DNA of 12,701 nt from a virus (IMGVR_UViG_2526164599_000005), one strand, 5' to 3'; positions 1 to 9,432 are shown, numbered from the stretch's first letter. The notes: generated by a model from the letters alone, not told the origin. Made by a program: numbers and translations.

Positions 1-294
1 CTTTAAGGAGTTCATTTTCCAACGTTTTTTGCCGAGCAGGCGCTGGAGTTCTTTAATCTGCTTCATGGCAGCAGCAAGTTCAGAGGCAGGAACGACCTGC
101 TCTCCTGCGGCCACAGCAGTAAGACTTCCCTCCTGGTATTGCTTGCGCCAGAGAAATAACTGGCTGGCTGCCACACCGTGTTGCCGGGCAACAAGGGAGA
201 CCGTCATTCCCGGTTCAAAACTCTGCTGAACAATAGCGATCTTTTCCTGTGTAGTACGCCGTCTGCGTTTCTCCGGTCCTAAGACATCAATCAT
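1..294 (-). CDS. insC: IS2 transposase OrfA (InsC), 3' end outside window; apparent 1-nt frameshift in the A-run at 25-30
   Basis: Minus-strand translation from ATG (plus 292-294): [90 protein letters not shown]..., matching InsC as I remember it. After GKK the conserved continuation (K)TLENELLK is only in the neighbouring frame. Confidence 0.8.
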
Positions 295-385
295 CTGCTC
301 TCCAATGACTAGTCTAAAAACTAGTATTAAGACTATCACTTATTTAAGTGATATTGGTTGTCTGGAGATTCAGGGGGCCAGTCTA
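1..385 (-). mobile_element. IS2 (IS3 family), partial; left end with terminal inverted repeat, remainder lies beyond the window start
   Basis: Reverse complement of 301-385 reads TAGACTGGCCCCCTGAATCTCCAGACAACCAATATCACTTAAATAAGTGATAGTCTTAATACTAGTTTTTAGACTAGTCATTGGA, which matches my recollection of the IS2 left end; insC follows directly. Terminus placed at 385. Confidence 0.8.
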
Positions 386-560
386 GTCAGCAATGAAATC
401 ACGCAGACCGTCAATAAGAAACTGGAAAACCAGAGTGCGGCAATTCAGCAGATACAGAAGGTTCAGGTTGATACAAATAATAACCTGAACAGCATGTGGG
501 CTGTGAAGCTGCAGCAGATGCAGGACGGACGCCTTTATATCGCGGGTATTGGTGCCGGTA
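386..560 (+). pseudogene. J: Internal fragment of phage host-specificity / central tail fibre gene J, isolated between two IS insertions
   Basis: Open frame VSNEITQTVNKKLENQSAAIQQIQKVQVDTNNNLNSMWAVKLQQMQDGRLYIAGIGAG; joins in frame to 3261-4032 once the IS66-family element and one TSD copy are removed. Confidence 0.65.
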
Positions 561-590
561 GTAAGCGGCTCGTCAGAACCGTATTGATAT

Positions 591-2164
591 TTACTGAGAG
601 CTCAGATCAACTTTCCAGGGCAACAGATCGCGTACCCGGTTTGCCGGCCAGTCCTGGATATGTTCAATGACGTAGCGCAGCCACTTTCTGGTCTCCACCA
701 TTGTTCAGACGGCATGTGCCGATCAGCGAGTACAACACCGCCGCATGTTCACCACCGCTGTCGGAACCCGCGAACATCCAGTTTTTCCGGCCTACGGCCA
801 CTCCCCGTAAGGCGTTCTCTGCGATGTTGTTGTCGATTTCCACCCAGCCATTACTGCAGTACACGTTCAGTGCATCCCACTGTTTCAGCAGGTATGCGAA
901 CGCTTTTGCCGTATCTGAGTGACGCGACAGTGTTTTCATCTGTTGCTGTATCCAGTCATACAGTGACTGCATCAGTGGCGCGGCTCTGGTTTTTCTTGCC
1001 GCCAGACGCTGTTCTGCTGAACAGCCCCGGACCTCTGCCTCGATGGCATACAGTTCACCGATACGCTGCAGGGCTTCCGTGGTGATGTCGGTGGGCGCTC
1101 TTGCATGCACATCGTGGATTTTTTCTCCGGGCATGAGCCATACACGCGGCTTCCGTTATTCTGCCGGATTCGTATAACGCCCGGTAACCACCGTAAGCAT
1201 CGGCCTGAAGCACACCGCTGTAACCGGCCAGGTGATTTTGTGGATGGATACCTTTCCGGTCCGGACTGTACGCGAACCAGACCGCCGGGGGCATCTGTGA
1301 ACCGGCGTTACGGTCATCACGGACGTAGACCCACAGCCGGGCTGTCCGGGTTTTACCGCTGCCCGGCTCCTGGACCGGGACGGGGATATCATCAGCATGG
1401 ACTTTACCGGGCATCAGCACATACTGGCGCAGGACGTCATACAGCGGCTCCAGTAGTTCAGCAACGGCACCTGTCCAGCGCCCCAGTGTGGCACGGCTCA
1501 GCTCCACACCCTGACGGCGGTATATCTCTGACTGGCGGTATAACGGCAGATGGTCTGCATATTTTCCGGTGACGACATGGGCCAGGAGCCCCGCTCCGGC
1601 ATAACTGCGTGCAATGGGTTTTGAAGGTACTGGTGCCTGCACGATATGGTCGCACCGACAACAGGCCAGTTTCGGACGTTGTGTTTCGATAACCTTAAAG
1701 GCGCTGCTGATAAGCTCCAGTTGCTCTGACACATCACATCCCAGAGAACTGAGTTCACCACCACAGGCAGGACAGCATTCCTCTTCCGGCCGGATAACCC
1801 GGGTTTCACGGGGAAGTGAGGCCGGTAACGGTTTACGGGCTGAAGACTGGCGCAGGGCGGATGGCAGTACCGGGTCATATTGCTCACCCAGCGTTTCCGC
1901 CATTTCTTCCTGAAGTGCGCTGATTCGCTCCTGTGCTTCCTGTATCTGCCGTTCGGTTTTTGCACGAAGTTTTTCTGAGCTTTTACCGAACTGCATACGT
2001 TGCAGTTTCGCAACCAGCGCCTTCAGCCGGTTGATTTCGGAAGCATAAGCCGCCACCCGCTGTGAGAGCAGGCGGTTGTATTCAGCCATCTGGCGTATGG
2101 TGTCCTGTTGCGTCTGCAACAGTGCCCGCAGGCGGGCGTTCTCATGAGCAAGTGAGGTGTCCAT
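591..2164 (-). CDS. tnpC: IS66-family transposase TnpC, reading frame broken by two single-nucleotide frameshifts (possibly pseudogene)
   Basis: ORF pieces 1055-2164 ([17 protein letters not shown]...MAHARRK) and 664-1134 (...[29 protein letters not shown]...[46 protein letters not shown]), plus a third-frame tail [35 protein letters not shown] ending at stop 591-593. Frame changes fall at T6 (1119-1124) and near 695-703. Confidence 0.85.
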
Positions 2165-2183
2165 ATCCTCACTTTACAACGGG

Positions 2184-2531
2184 TTATATGCGGATTCCAG
2201 CGCGTTCCGTTCGTTTCGGGTGCTTCCAGTTGATACCTTCAAGAAGCATGGATAACTGAGCCGGAGTAAGGTGCACCTTGCCGTCACGGGTGACTGGCCA
2301 GACGAAGCGGCCCCGCTCCAGGCGTTTGGTGAAGAGGCACAGTCCGTCACTGTCAGCCCACAACACTTTTATCTGGTCACCCCGGCGTCCGCGGAAGATG
2401 AACAGGTGTCCGGAGAACGGGTCATCCTTCAGGACGTTCTGAACTTTTGATGCCAGGCCGTTAAAGCCATTTCGCATATCGGTGATACCTGCAACCAGCC
2501 AGATACGCGAACCTGCAGGGAGAGATATCAT
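2184..2531 (-). CDS. tnpB: IS66-family TnpB (Orf2), intact
   Basis: 115-aa [96 protein letters not shown]... typical IS66 Orf2; its ATG overlaps the tnpA stop (ATGA overlap). Confidence 0.9.
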   Translation of the reverse strand: MISLPAGSRIWLVAGITDMRNGFNGLASKVQNVLKDDPFSGHLFIFRGRRGDQIKVLWADSDGLCLFTKRLERGRFVWPVTRDGKVHLTPAQLSMLLEGINWKHPKRTERAGIRI

Positions 2532-3207
2532 CAGTGGCTGCTCCCTTTTATTTCGCGGATAAGTGTCTGTAATAACGCCGGCGTCAGTTTACCTTTAAGC
2601 CTGAGAGTTCCGGCCGGCAGAACCAGCTCACAACACAGACTGTCGGACGGTGTATTTATCTGCTCTGGTTCCTGTGCGGGGGCCGGGATTTTATTATCCG
2701 GCTCCGGCGTTAACGTCACGGGAAGCAGTGCCGGCATATTTTTCCGGAAGGCAGCAGGCCACCTTTCCGGTATTGATGGCGCCAGTTGAAGAGCAGGTTA
2801 TCGTTGATTCCGTTTTCCCGGGCGATCTGCGCCACACAGGCTCCGGGCTGCAGTGACTGCTCCACTAAGGCGATTTTAAACTCATAAGGGAAGTTGGGCC
2901 GCCGGGGACGTTTTTTTACCACGGGGGCTTCGGATATAACGGTGCTTTCAGGACGTACGACTGGTACCGTGGAAAATTGTCCGTAAAGGCAGGCATCAAG
3001 TTCCTGCTCCGACATGCCTGCGGGCAAAGGCCACGAAAGGCCAGCTCTCCGAAAGCGCACGAACATACTACAAACTGTTGATTTTGGTACACCCAGGCGA
3101 CGCCCGGCCACAACCCGGGGTAAATGTTCTTCAAAGTGAAGACGTAAAGCTTCAGTGATCCAGGTCCGGTGTTTCATACGATAGTGTCCATTAAAAATGA
3201 TGGACAT
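2531..3207 (-). CDS. tnpA: IS66-family TnpA (Orf1) with one apparent frameshift and an unusually long N-terminal extension; start codon uncertain (3207 or 3177)
   Basis: ORF 2716-3207 contains the IS66 Orf1 HTH core [53 protein letters not shown]; ORF 2531-2737 gives the expected C-terminal part [11 protein letters not shown]...[29 protein letters not shown]. They are joined by a frame change at the T5 run 2739-2743. Confidence 0.7.
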
Positions 3208-3260
3208 TATTTTTGTAGAGCCGGAGGAAACAGACCAGACGGTTTAAATGAGCCGGTTAC

Positions 3261-4032
3261 TGCCGGTATTGAGAACACCCCTGACGGCATGCAGAGTCAG
3301 GTGCTGCTGGCGGCGGACAGGATTGCGATGGTTAATCCTGCGAATGGCAACACAAAACCGATGTTTGTTGGTCAGGGCGATCAGATATTCATGAACGACG
3401 TGTTCCTGAAACGCCTGACGGCCCCCACCATTACCAGCGGTGGAAATCCACCGGCATTTTCCCTGACTCCGGACGGAAAGCTGACCGCTAAAAATGCGGA
3501 TATCAGTGGCAGTGTGAATGCGAACGCCGGGACGCTCAACAATGTCACGGTAAATGAAAACTGTACGATTAAGGGCATGCTGGAGGCGACTCAGGTCAGA
3601 GGTGACTTCGTTAAAGCTGTATCCAAATCATTCCCGAAACAGGCTGGTACGTGGGGTAACACGGAAACACCAAACGGGACGGTTACAGTCACCATAAGCG
3701 ATGATCATAACTTTGACCGTCAAATCATTATTCCGCCCATTATCTTTAACGGAATAGCGTATAGCGATCCGGGAAGTGGTAATAACCCGGGAGGTACAAG
3801 ATACACGGGTTATGGTTTTGAAGTTCGCAAAAACGGTGTATTAATCGCATCCAGAGAAACTAAAGGGGCTATTCCCGGTAGCTACAGTGCGGTTATTGAT
3901 ATGCCGAGTGGCAGGGGAAGCGTCACTCTGGAGTTTAAGGTTTTCCATAAAGGCAATCAGTGGGCAGGTAATATCACCGACTGTACGGTGATTGTGACCA
4001 AAAAAGCCGCTTCCGGCATCAGTATTCGTTGA
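3261..4032 (+). pseudogene. J: C-terminal (receptor-binding) fragment of phage host-specificity protein J, severed from its 5' part by the IS insertions
   Basis: [86 protein letters not shown]...[10 protein letters not shown] resembles the lambda J C-terminus as I recall it; position directly upstream of lom fits. Confidence 0.85.
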
Positions 4033-4052
4033 AATTGTTATAACCCATATAA

Positions 4053-4080
4053 GGGCACCAGAAATGGTGCCTTTTTTATT
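4053..4080 (+). terminator. Rho-independent terminator downstream of J
   Basis: GGGCACC (4053-4059), loop AGAAAT, GGTGCC (4066-4071), then TTTTTTATT. Confidence 0.6.
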
Positions 4081-4101
4081 GCAGAAAAGCGAGAGGTAAT
4101 T

Positions 4102-4701
4102 ATGCGTAAACTTTATGCCGCCATTTTGTCCGCAGCCATTTGTCTGGCCGTATCCGGTGCGCCTGCATGGGCATCTGAACATCAGTCCACGCTGAGCGCG
4201 GGGTATCTTCATGCCTTGACGAACGTTCCCGGCAGCGATGATCTTAACGGGATTAACGTGAAATACCGTTATGAGTTTACGGACACACTGGGGCTGGTGA
4301 CGTCATTCAGCTATGCAGGAGACAAGAATCGCCAGCTTACCCGTTACAGCGATACCCGCTGGCATGAAGATTCAGTGCGTAACCGCTGGTTCAGCGTGAT
4401 GGCGGGGCCGTCTGTGCGCGTGAATGAATGGTTCAGCGCGTATGCGATGGCGGGTATGGCTTACAGCCGTGTTTCGACTTTCTCCGGGGATTATCTCCGC
4501 GTAACTGACAACAAGGGGAAAACGCACGACGTGCTGACCGGAAGTGATGACGGTCGCCACAGCAACACGTCTCTGGCGTGGGGGGCTGGCGTGCAGTTTA
4601 ACCCGACCGAATCCGTGGCCATTGATATTGCTTATGAAGGCTCCGGCAGTGGTGACTGGCGCACTGACGGTTTCATCGTGGGTGTCGGTTATAAATTCTG
4701 A
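4102..4701 (+). CDS. lom: Lom-family outer membrane protein (Ail/Lom/PagC/OmpX beta-barrel family)
   Basis: 199 aa with N-terminal signal peptide [24 protein letters not shown] and C-terminus [27 protein letters not shown] as in lambda Lom; SD GAGAGG 6 nt upstream; located between J and stf. Confidence 0.9.
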   Translation: MRKLYAAILSAAICLAVSGAPAWASEHQSTLSAGYLHALTNVPGSDDLNGINVKYRYEFTDTLGLVTSFSYAGDKNRQLTRYSDTRWHEDSVRNRWFSVMAGPSVRVNEWFSAYAMAGMAYSRVSTFSGDYLRVTDNKGKTHDVLTGSDDGRHSNTSLAWGAGVQFNPTESVAIDIAYEGSGSGDWRTDGFIVGVGYKF

Positions 4702-4728
4702 TTAGCCAGGTAACACAGTGTTATGACA

Positions 4729-4754
4729 GCCCGCCGGTTCAGGCGGGCTTTTTT
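4729..4754 (+). terminator. Rho-independent terminator downstream of lom
   Basis: GCCCGCC (4729-4735), loop GGTTCA, GGCGGGC (4742-4748), then TTTTTT (4749-4754). Confidence 0.65.
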
Positions 4755-4765
4755 GTGGGGTGAAT

Positions 4766-7700
4766 ATGGCAGTAAAGATTTCAGGTGTACTGAAAGACGG
4801 CACAGGAAAACCGGTACAGAACTGCACAATCCAGCTGAAAGCAAAACGTAACAGCACCACGGTGGTGGTGAACACGCTGGCCTCAGAAAATCCGGATGAA
4901 GCCGGGCGTTACAGCATGGACGTTGAGTACGGTCAGTACAGCGTTATTCTGTTGGTGGAAGGCTTCCCGCCGTCACATGCCGGGACCATCACCGTGTATG
5001 AAGATTCCCGACCCGGTACGCTGAATGATTTTCTCGGTGCCATGACGGAGGATGATGCCCGTCCGGAGGCACTGCGCCGTTTTGAACTGATGGTGGAAGA
5101 GGTGGCGCGTAACGCGTCCGCAGTGGCACAGAACACGGCAGCCGCGAAGAAGTCAGCCAGTGATGCCAGCACATCTGCCCGTGAGGCGGCAACCCATGCA
5201 ACCGATGCTGCAGGCTCAGCACGTGCCGCCAGCACGTCAGCCGGACAGGCTGCATCATCTGCTCAGTCAGCATCTTCCAGCGCAGGAACGGCATCAACAA
5301 AGGCCAGTGAAGCATCGAAAAGTGCTGCTGCTGCAGAGTCCTCAAAAAGCGCGGCAGCTACCAGTGCCAGTGCCGCGAAAACGTCAGAAACGAATGCGGC
5401 AGCGTCACAAAAATCTGCAGCCACTTCTGCATCCGCCGCGACCACGAAGGCGTCAGAAGCTGCCACCTCAGCCCGGGATGCGGCGGCCTCAAAAGAGGCA
5501 GCGAAATCATCAGAAACGAACGCATCATCAAGCGCCAGTAGTGCAGCTTCCTCGGCAACGGCGGCAGGAAATTCCGCGAAGGCGGCAAAGACGTCTGAGA
5601 CAAACGCTAAGTCTTCTGAGACGGCAGCGGAACAGAGTGCCTCCGCAGCAGCAGACTCAAAAACAGCGGCTGCATCATCTGCCAGCGCCGCGTCAACAAG
5701 TGCCGGGCAGGCCTCAGCCAGTGCCACCGCCGCCGGAAAGTCGGCAGAAAGTGCCGCATCGTCTGCTTCAACAGCCACAACGAAGGCTGGCGAAGCCACT
5801 GAACAGGCCAGCGCAGCAGCGAGTTCTGCTTCCGCAGCGAAGACATCCGAAACGAACGCGAAAGCGTCGGAAACCCGTGCAGAATCCTCAAAAACGGCTG
5901 CCGCATCGTCAGCCAGTTCGGCGGCGTCATCGGCATCATCTGCGTCTGCTTCAAAAGATGAGGCGACCAGACAAGCGTCAGCAGCGAAGAGCAGCGCCAC
6001 GACGGCATCCACGAAGGCGACAGAGGCAGCTGGCAGTGCGACGGCGGCAGCACAGAGCAAAAGTACGGCGGAATCCGCGGCAACGCGCGCCGAGACAGCG
6101 GCAAAACGGGCAGAGGATATTGCATCCGCCGTGGCGCTTGAGGATGCGAGCACGACGAAAAAGGGGGTAGTACAGCTCAGCAGTGCGACCAACAGTACGT
6201 CTGAAACGCTGGCGGCAACGCCAAAGGCAGTAAAATCAGCCTATGACAATGCAGAGAAACGTCTGCAGAAAGACCAGAACGGCGCTGATATACCCGATAA
6301 GGGACACTTCCTGAACAACATTAACGCGGTCAGTAAAACAGACTTTGCTGATAAGCGCGGTATGCGTTATGTGCGGGTTAATGCTCCTGCAGGTGCAACA
6401 TCTGGAAAATATTACCCTGTTGTTGTTATGCGTTCTGCTGGCTCAGTAAGCGAACTGGCATCAAGGGTCATTATCACCACGGCAACGCGAACCGCAGGCG
6501 ATCCGATGAATAACTGCGAGTTTAACGGATTTGTTATGCCTGGTGGCTGGACTGACAGGGGGCGTTATGCTTATGGCATGTTCTGGCAATATCAAAACAA
6601 TGAACGAGCCATCCACTCAATAATGATGAGTAATAAGGGCGATGATTTGCGCTCTGTGTTCTATGTTGATGGCGCTGCTTTCCCTGTTTTTGCGTTTATC
6701 GAAGATGGCCTGTCAATATCCGCACCTGGTGCTGATCTCGTTGTTAATGATACGACCTATAAGTTTGGGGCAACAAATCCGGCGACTGAATGTATCGCGG
6801 CGGACGTTGTCCTTGATTTTAAGAGTGGGCGTGGTTTTTATGAGTCTCATTCGTTAATCGTTAACGATAACTTGTCGTGCAAAAAACTTTTTGCCACAGA
6901 CGAAATTGTAGCGCGTGGTGGTAATCAGATTCGAATGATAGGTGGGGAGTATGGTGCATTATGGCGTAATGATGGCGCTAAAACTTACCTGCTGCTTACC
7001 AATCAAGGTGATGTTTATGGTGGCTGGAATACATTAAGACCGTTTGCTATTGATAACGCAACCGGCGAACTGATTATTGGAACCAAACTGTCCGCAAGTC
7101 TGAACGGTAATGCATTAACAGCAACAAAGCTGCAAACGCCAAGACTGGTTTCTGGTGTTGAGTTTGATGGTTCCAAAGATATTACTTTAACCGCTGCGCA
7201 TGTGGCTGCTTTTGCCAGAAGGGCAACTGATACATATGCCGATGCGGATGGTGGCGTTCCCTGGAATGCCGAATCAGGCGCTTACAATGTCACCCGCTCT
7301 GGCGACAGCTATATTCTGGTTAACTTCTATACCGGAGTCGGAAGTTGCCGGACCCTGCAGATGAAGGCGCATTACAGAAATGGAGGTCTGTTCTACCGTT
7401 CCTCAAGAGATGGCTATGGTTTTGAGGAAGACTGGGCAGAAGTTTATACCTCGAAAAATCTTCCACCAGAAAGCTACCCAGTCGGCGCACCAATCCCGTG
7501 GCCATCAGATACCGTTCCGTCTGGCTATGCCCTGATGCAGGGGCAGACTTTTGACAAATCTGCATACCCGAAACTTGCAGTGGCTTATCCGTCAGGCGTT
7601 ATTCCTGATATGCGTGGCTGGACGATTAAGGGCAAACCTGCCAGTGGTCGTGCCGTATTGTCTCAGGAACAGGACGGCATTAAATCGCACACCCACAGCG

Positions 7701-8164
7701 CCAGCGCATCCAGTACGGATTTGGGTACGAAAACCACATCGTCGTTTGATTACGGCACTAAATCCACGAATAACACCGGGGCTCATACGCATAGTCTGAG
7801 CGGCTCTACAAGCTCGGCTGGAGCACACTCGCACGTTGATGGGCGCAGGTTTAATACAAGCACTTTTAAAGACACCTATCAGTATGGTTCTACAGCTGTC
7901 GGAAGTAACTCATACCAGGTACAAGGGGCGGTTGGTCTGGGCGTTGGTACGATGGCGAATACGAACTCTGCTGGCGCGCACACCCACTCACTGTCCGGCA
8001 CTGCTGCAAGCGCAGGCGCACACGCACATACTGTCGGTATTGGTGCACACACGCACTCCGTTGCGATTGGTTCACATGGACACACCATCACCGTTAACGC
8101 TGCTGGTAACGCGGAAAACACCGTCAAAAACATTGCATTTAACTATATTGTGAGGCTTGCATAA
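4766..8164 (+). CDS. stf: Side tail fibre protein Stf (lambda Stf / Rac StfR-like), 1132 aa from ATG 4766 (ORF track starts at GTG 4760)
   Basis: N-terminus [37 protein letters not shown] matches the lambda Stf N-terminus as I recall it; Ala/Ser/Thr-rich SETNA repeat region; C-terminal His-rich GAHTHS/GAHAHT motifs ending [18 protein letters not shown]; stop overlaps the tfa ATG (TAATG). Confidence 0.9.
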   Translation: MAVKISGVLKDGTGKPVQNCTIQLKAKRNSTTVVVNTLASENPDEAGRYSMDVEYGQYSVILLVEGFPPSHAGTITVYEDSRPGTLNDFLGAMTEDDARPEALRRFELMVEEVARNASAVAQNTAAAKKSASDASTSAREAATHATDAAGSARAASTSAGQAASSAQSASSSAGTASTKASEASKSAAAAESSKSAAATSASAAKTSETNAAASQKSAATSASAATTKASEAATSARDAAASKEAAKSSETNASSSASSAASSATAAGNSAKAAKTSETNAKSSETAAEQSASAAADSKTAAASSASAASTSAGQASASATAAGKSAESAASSASTATTKAGEATEQASAAASSASAAKTSETNAKASETRAESSKTAAASSASSAASSASSASASKDEATRQASAAKSSATTASTKATEAAGSATAAAQSKSTAESAATRAETAAKRAEDIASAVALEDASTTKKGVVQLSSATNSTSETLAATPKAVKSAYDNAEKRLQKDQNGADIPDKGHFLNNINAVSKTDFADKRGMRYVRVNAPAGATSGKYYPVVVMRSAGSVSELASRVIITTATRTAGDPMNNCEFNGFVMPGGWTDRGRYAYGMFWQYQNNERAIHSIMMSNKGDDLRSVFYVDGAAFPVFAFIEDGLSISAPGADLVVNDTTYKFGATNPATECIAADVVLDFKSGRGFYESHSLIVNDNLSCKKLFATDEIVARGGNQIRMIGGEYGALWRNDGAKTYLLLTNQGDVYGGWNTLRPFAIDNATGELIIGTKLSASLNGNALTATKLQTPRLVSGVEFDGSKDITLTAAHVAAFARRATDTYADADGGVPWNAESGAYNVTRSGDSYILVNFYTGVGSCRTLQMKAHYRNGGLFYRSSRDGYGFEEDWAEVYTSKNLPPESYPVGAPIPWPSDTVPSGYALMQGQTFDKSAYPKLAVAYPSGVIPDMRGWTIKGKPASGRAVLSQEQDGIKSHTHSASASSTDLGTKTTSSFDYGTKSTNNTGAHTHSLSGSTSSAGAHSHVDGRRFNTSTFKDTYQYGSTAVGSNSYQVQGAVGLGVGTMANTNSAGAHTHSLSGTAASAGAHAHTVGIGAHTHSVAIGSHGHTITVNAAGNAENTVKNIAFNYIVRLA
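5110..6200 (+). repeat. Coding low-complexity tandem repeat region in stf (Ala/Ser/Thr-rich, [15 protein letters not shown] fibre repeats)
   Basis: Protein residues about 115-480 are almost entirely A/S/T/K/E with recurring TSETNA, SSASAA and TKASEA units; GC-rich DNA with open frames on both strands. Confidence 0.6.
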
Positions 8165-8745
8165 TGGCATTCAGAATGAGTGAACAAGCACGGACCATAA
8201 AAATTTATAATCTGCTGGCCGGAACTAATGAATTTATTGGTGAAGGTGACGCATATATTCCGCCTCATACAGGTCTGCCAGCAAACAGTACCGATATTGC
8301 ACCGCCAGATATTCCAGCAGGCTTCGTGGCTGTTTTCAACAGTGATGAGGCATCGTGGCATCTTGTTGAAGACCATCGGGGTAAAACAGTTTATGACGTG
8401 GCATCAGGGGACGCGTTATTTATTTCTGAACTCGGCTCATTACCGGAAAATGTTACCTGGTTATCCCCGGAAGGGGAGTTTCAGAAGTGGAACGGCACAG
8501 CCTGGGTGAAGGATACGGAAGCAGAAAAACTGTTCCGGATCCGGGAGGCGGAAGAAACAAAAAACAGCCTGATGCAGGTAGCCAGTGAGCATATAGCGCC
8601 ACTTCAGGATGCTGTAGATCTGGAGATCGCAACGGAGGAAGAAAACTCGTTGCTGGAAGCCTGGAAGAAGTATCGGGTGTTGCTGAACCGTGTTAATACA
8701 ACAACTGCACCGGATATTGAATGGCCAGTAGCACCTATAGGGTAA
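8164..8745 (+). CDS. tfa: Tail fibre assembly protein Tfa
   Basis: 193 aa [91 protein letters not shown]... closely matches lambda Tfa as I recall it; translationally coupled to stf. Confidence 0.92.
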   Translation: MAFRMSEQARTIKIYNLLAGTNEFIGEGDAYIPPHTGLPANSTDIAPPDIPAGFVAVFNSDEASWHLVEDHRGKTVYDVASGDALFISELGSLPENVTWLSPEGEFQKWNGTAWVKDTEAEKLFRIREAEETKNSLMQVASEHIAPLQDAVDLEIATEEENSLLEAWKKYRVLLNRVNTTTAPDIEWPVAPIG

Positions 8746-8827
8746 ATTCGTAATGATTACCTAAATACGTTATTCTTTTGCTCAAAAAGTGATTTTGCTA
8801 TAGGTAGAGAGTATGTTCTTGGATTAA

Positions 8828-8861
8828 GAATAAAAAATCGCCATGAAAGAGCTTCATGGCG
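8828..8861 (-). terminator. Candidate rho-independent terminator for a minus-strand transcript converging on tfa
   Basis: Plus strand has 9-bp stem CGCCATGAA (8839-8847), loop AGAGC, TTCATGGCG (8853-8861), preceded by TAAAAAAT (8831-8838); on the minus strand the hairpin is followed by ATTTTTTATTCTT. Confidence 0.45.
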
Positions 8862-9331
8862 AGTACATAAACGGTACAAAATATGATGAAAGTAGAGCGG
8901 CGTAAGCCACTATATTAAGATATGACAATAGCGAAGAAAAGTAAATAACATTTTATGGACGTTTAATTGTTAATTATAAAAACTAGAGTGCCCGATATTG
9001 TTTATCTTGCTTTAAAATAATGTACTCAAACCAAATTTTTGAGCTAAAAGCTCAAATAATATAAATGCAATGATAATGTTTAATAAGACAATTAGCTTGC
9101 TTTGTATTTTCATTTCGGAATACTGTTAAGTAACTTTGATGACCCTAACAATAGATCGGAATTTTCTTAGAGTCAATGGTCACTGTATTTGCTTGCAAAG
9201 CAAATGTTTTGGTGGTTATAAGTTTTCTTAATATAGTCACCTATGCAACTTGTTCCGTGTGGAGATTAAAGGTTAAAATTTAATGCGAAGATGGAATTAT
9301 ATTATATTTTTATAATTAATTTAACCTTAAC

Positions 9332-9432
9332 ATCGTTGCTGGCGGCATGGAAGAAATATCGGGTCTTGCTGATGTCGTGTTGGCACTTCCTTAGTGCCGG
9401 ATATCGAAAGGCCAGCTGTACCTGTGGGGTGA
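9332..9432 (+). repeat. Degenerate direct copy of the tfa 3' end (remnant 1, non-coding scar)
   Basis: ATCGTTGCTGGCGGCATGGAAGAAATATCGGGTCTTGCTGA...CCGGATATCGAAAGGCCAG...GGGGTGA aligns to tfa 8647-8745 (CTCGTTGCTGGAAGCCTGGAAGAAGTATCGGGTGTTGCTGA...CCGGATATTGAATGGCCAG...AGGGTAA). Roughly three-quarters identity by eye, with indels and an internal stop. Confidence 0.7.

Larger units (their letters stand above)
561..3260 (-). mobile_element. IS66-family insertion sequence, complete, 2700 bp (size, GTAA-initiated IRs and 8-bp TSD fit an IS679-like member)
   Basis: Termini: 561-584 GTAAGCGGCTCGTCAGAACCGTAT and the reverse complement of 3237-3260 GTAACCGGCTCATTTAAACCGTCT (imperfect IR, about 18/24). 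Flanked by direct repeat TGCCGGTA at 553-560 and 3261-3268. Internal order tnpA-tnpB-tnpC on the minus strand. Confidence 0.85.

Noticed and set aside
305-670. 121-aa plus-strand ORF ([10 protein letters not shown]...)
   Set aside because: Chimeric read-through: it starts inside the IS2 terminal repeat, crosses the 175-nt J fragment and runs into the IS66-family terminus and tnpC antisense. Only 386-560 is real J coding sequence.
660-1572. Plus-strand ORFs 660-1085, 701-922 and 1105-1572
   Set aside because: Antisense to the well-supported IS66-family tnpC; GC-rich sequence gives open frames on the opposite strand, and the translations are low-complexity Arg/Pro/His-rich.
1156-2013. Minus-strand ORFs 1156-1398, 1458-1661 and 1498-2013
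   Set aside because: These are alternative frames inside the IS66-family tnpC on the same strand; their translations are Arg/Cys/Pro-rich and unlike any transposase, whereas the tnpC frame carries the conserved motifs.
4933-6192. Long alternative-frame and antisense ORFs inside stf (4933-5235, 4989-5345, 5160-6170, 5263-6192, 5358-5603, 5607-6125)
   Set aside because: All lie in the GC-rich Ala/Ser/Thr repeat region of stf, where every frame is open. Their translations are pure low-complexity (Arg/Pro/Gln or Ala/Asp runs), while the stf frame is continuous over 1132 aa with recognisable termini.
7320-8376. Short ORFs overlapping the stf 3' region and tfa 5' region (7320-7565, 7551-7799, 7592-7834, 7836-8153, 7879-8133, 7890-8075, 8143-8376, 8228-8509)
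   Set aside because: They overlap the strongly supported stf and tfa frames and have no RBS or recognisable motifs; the His-codon-rich region creates spurious frames.
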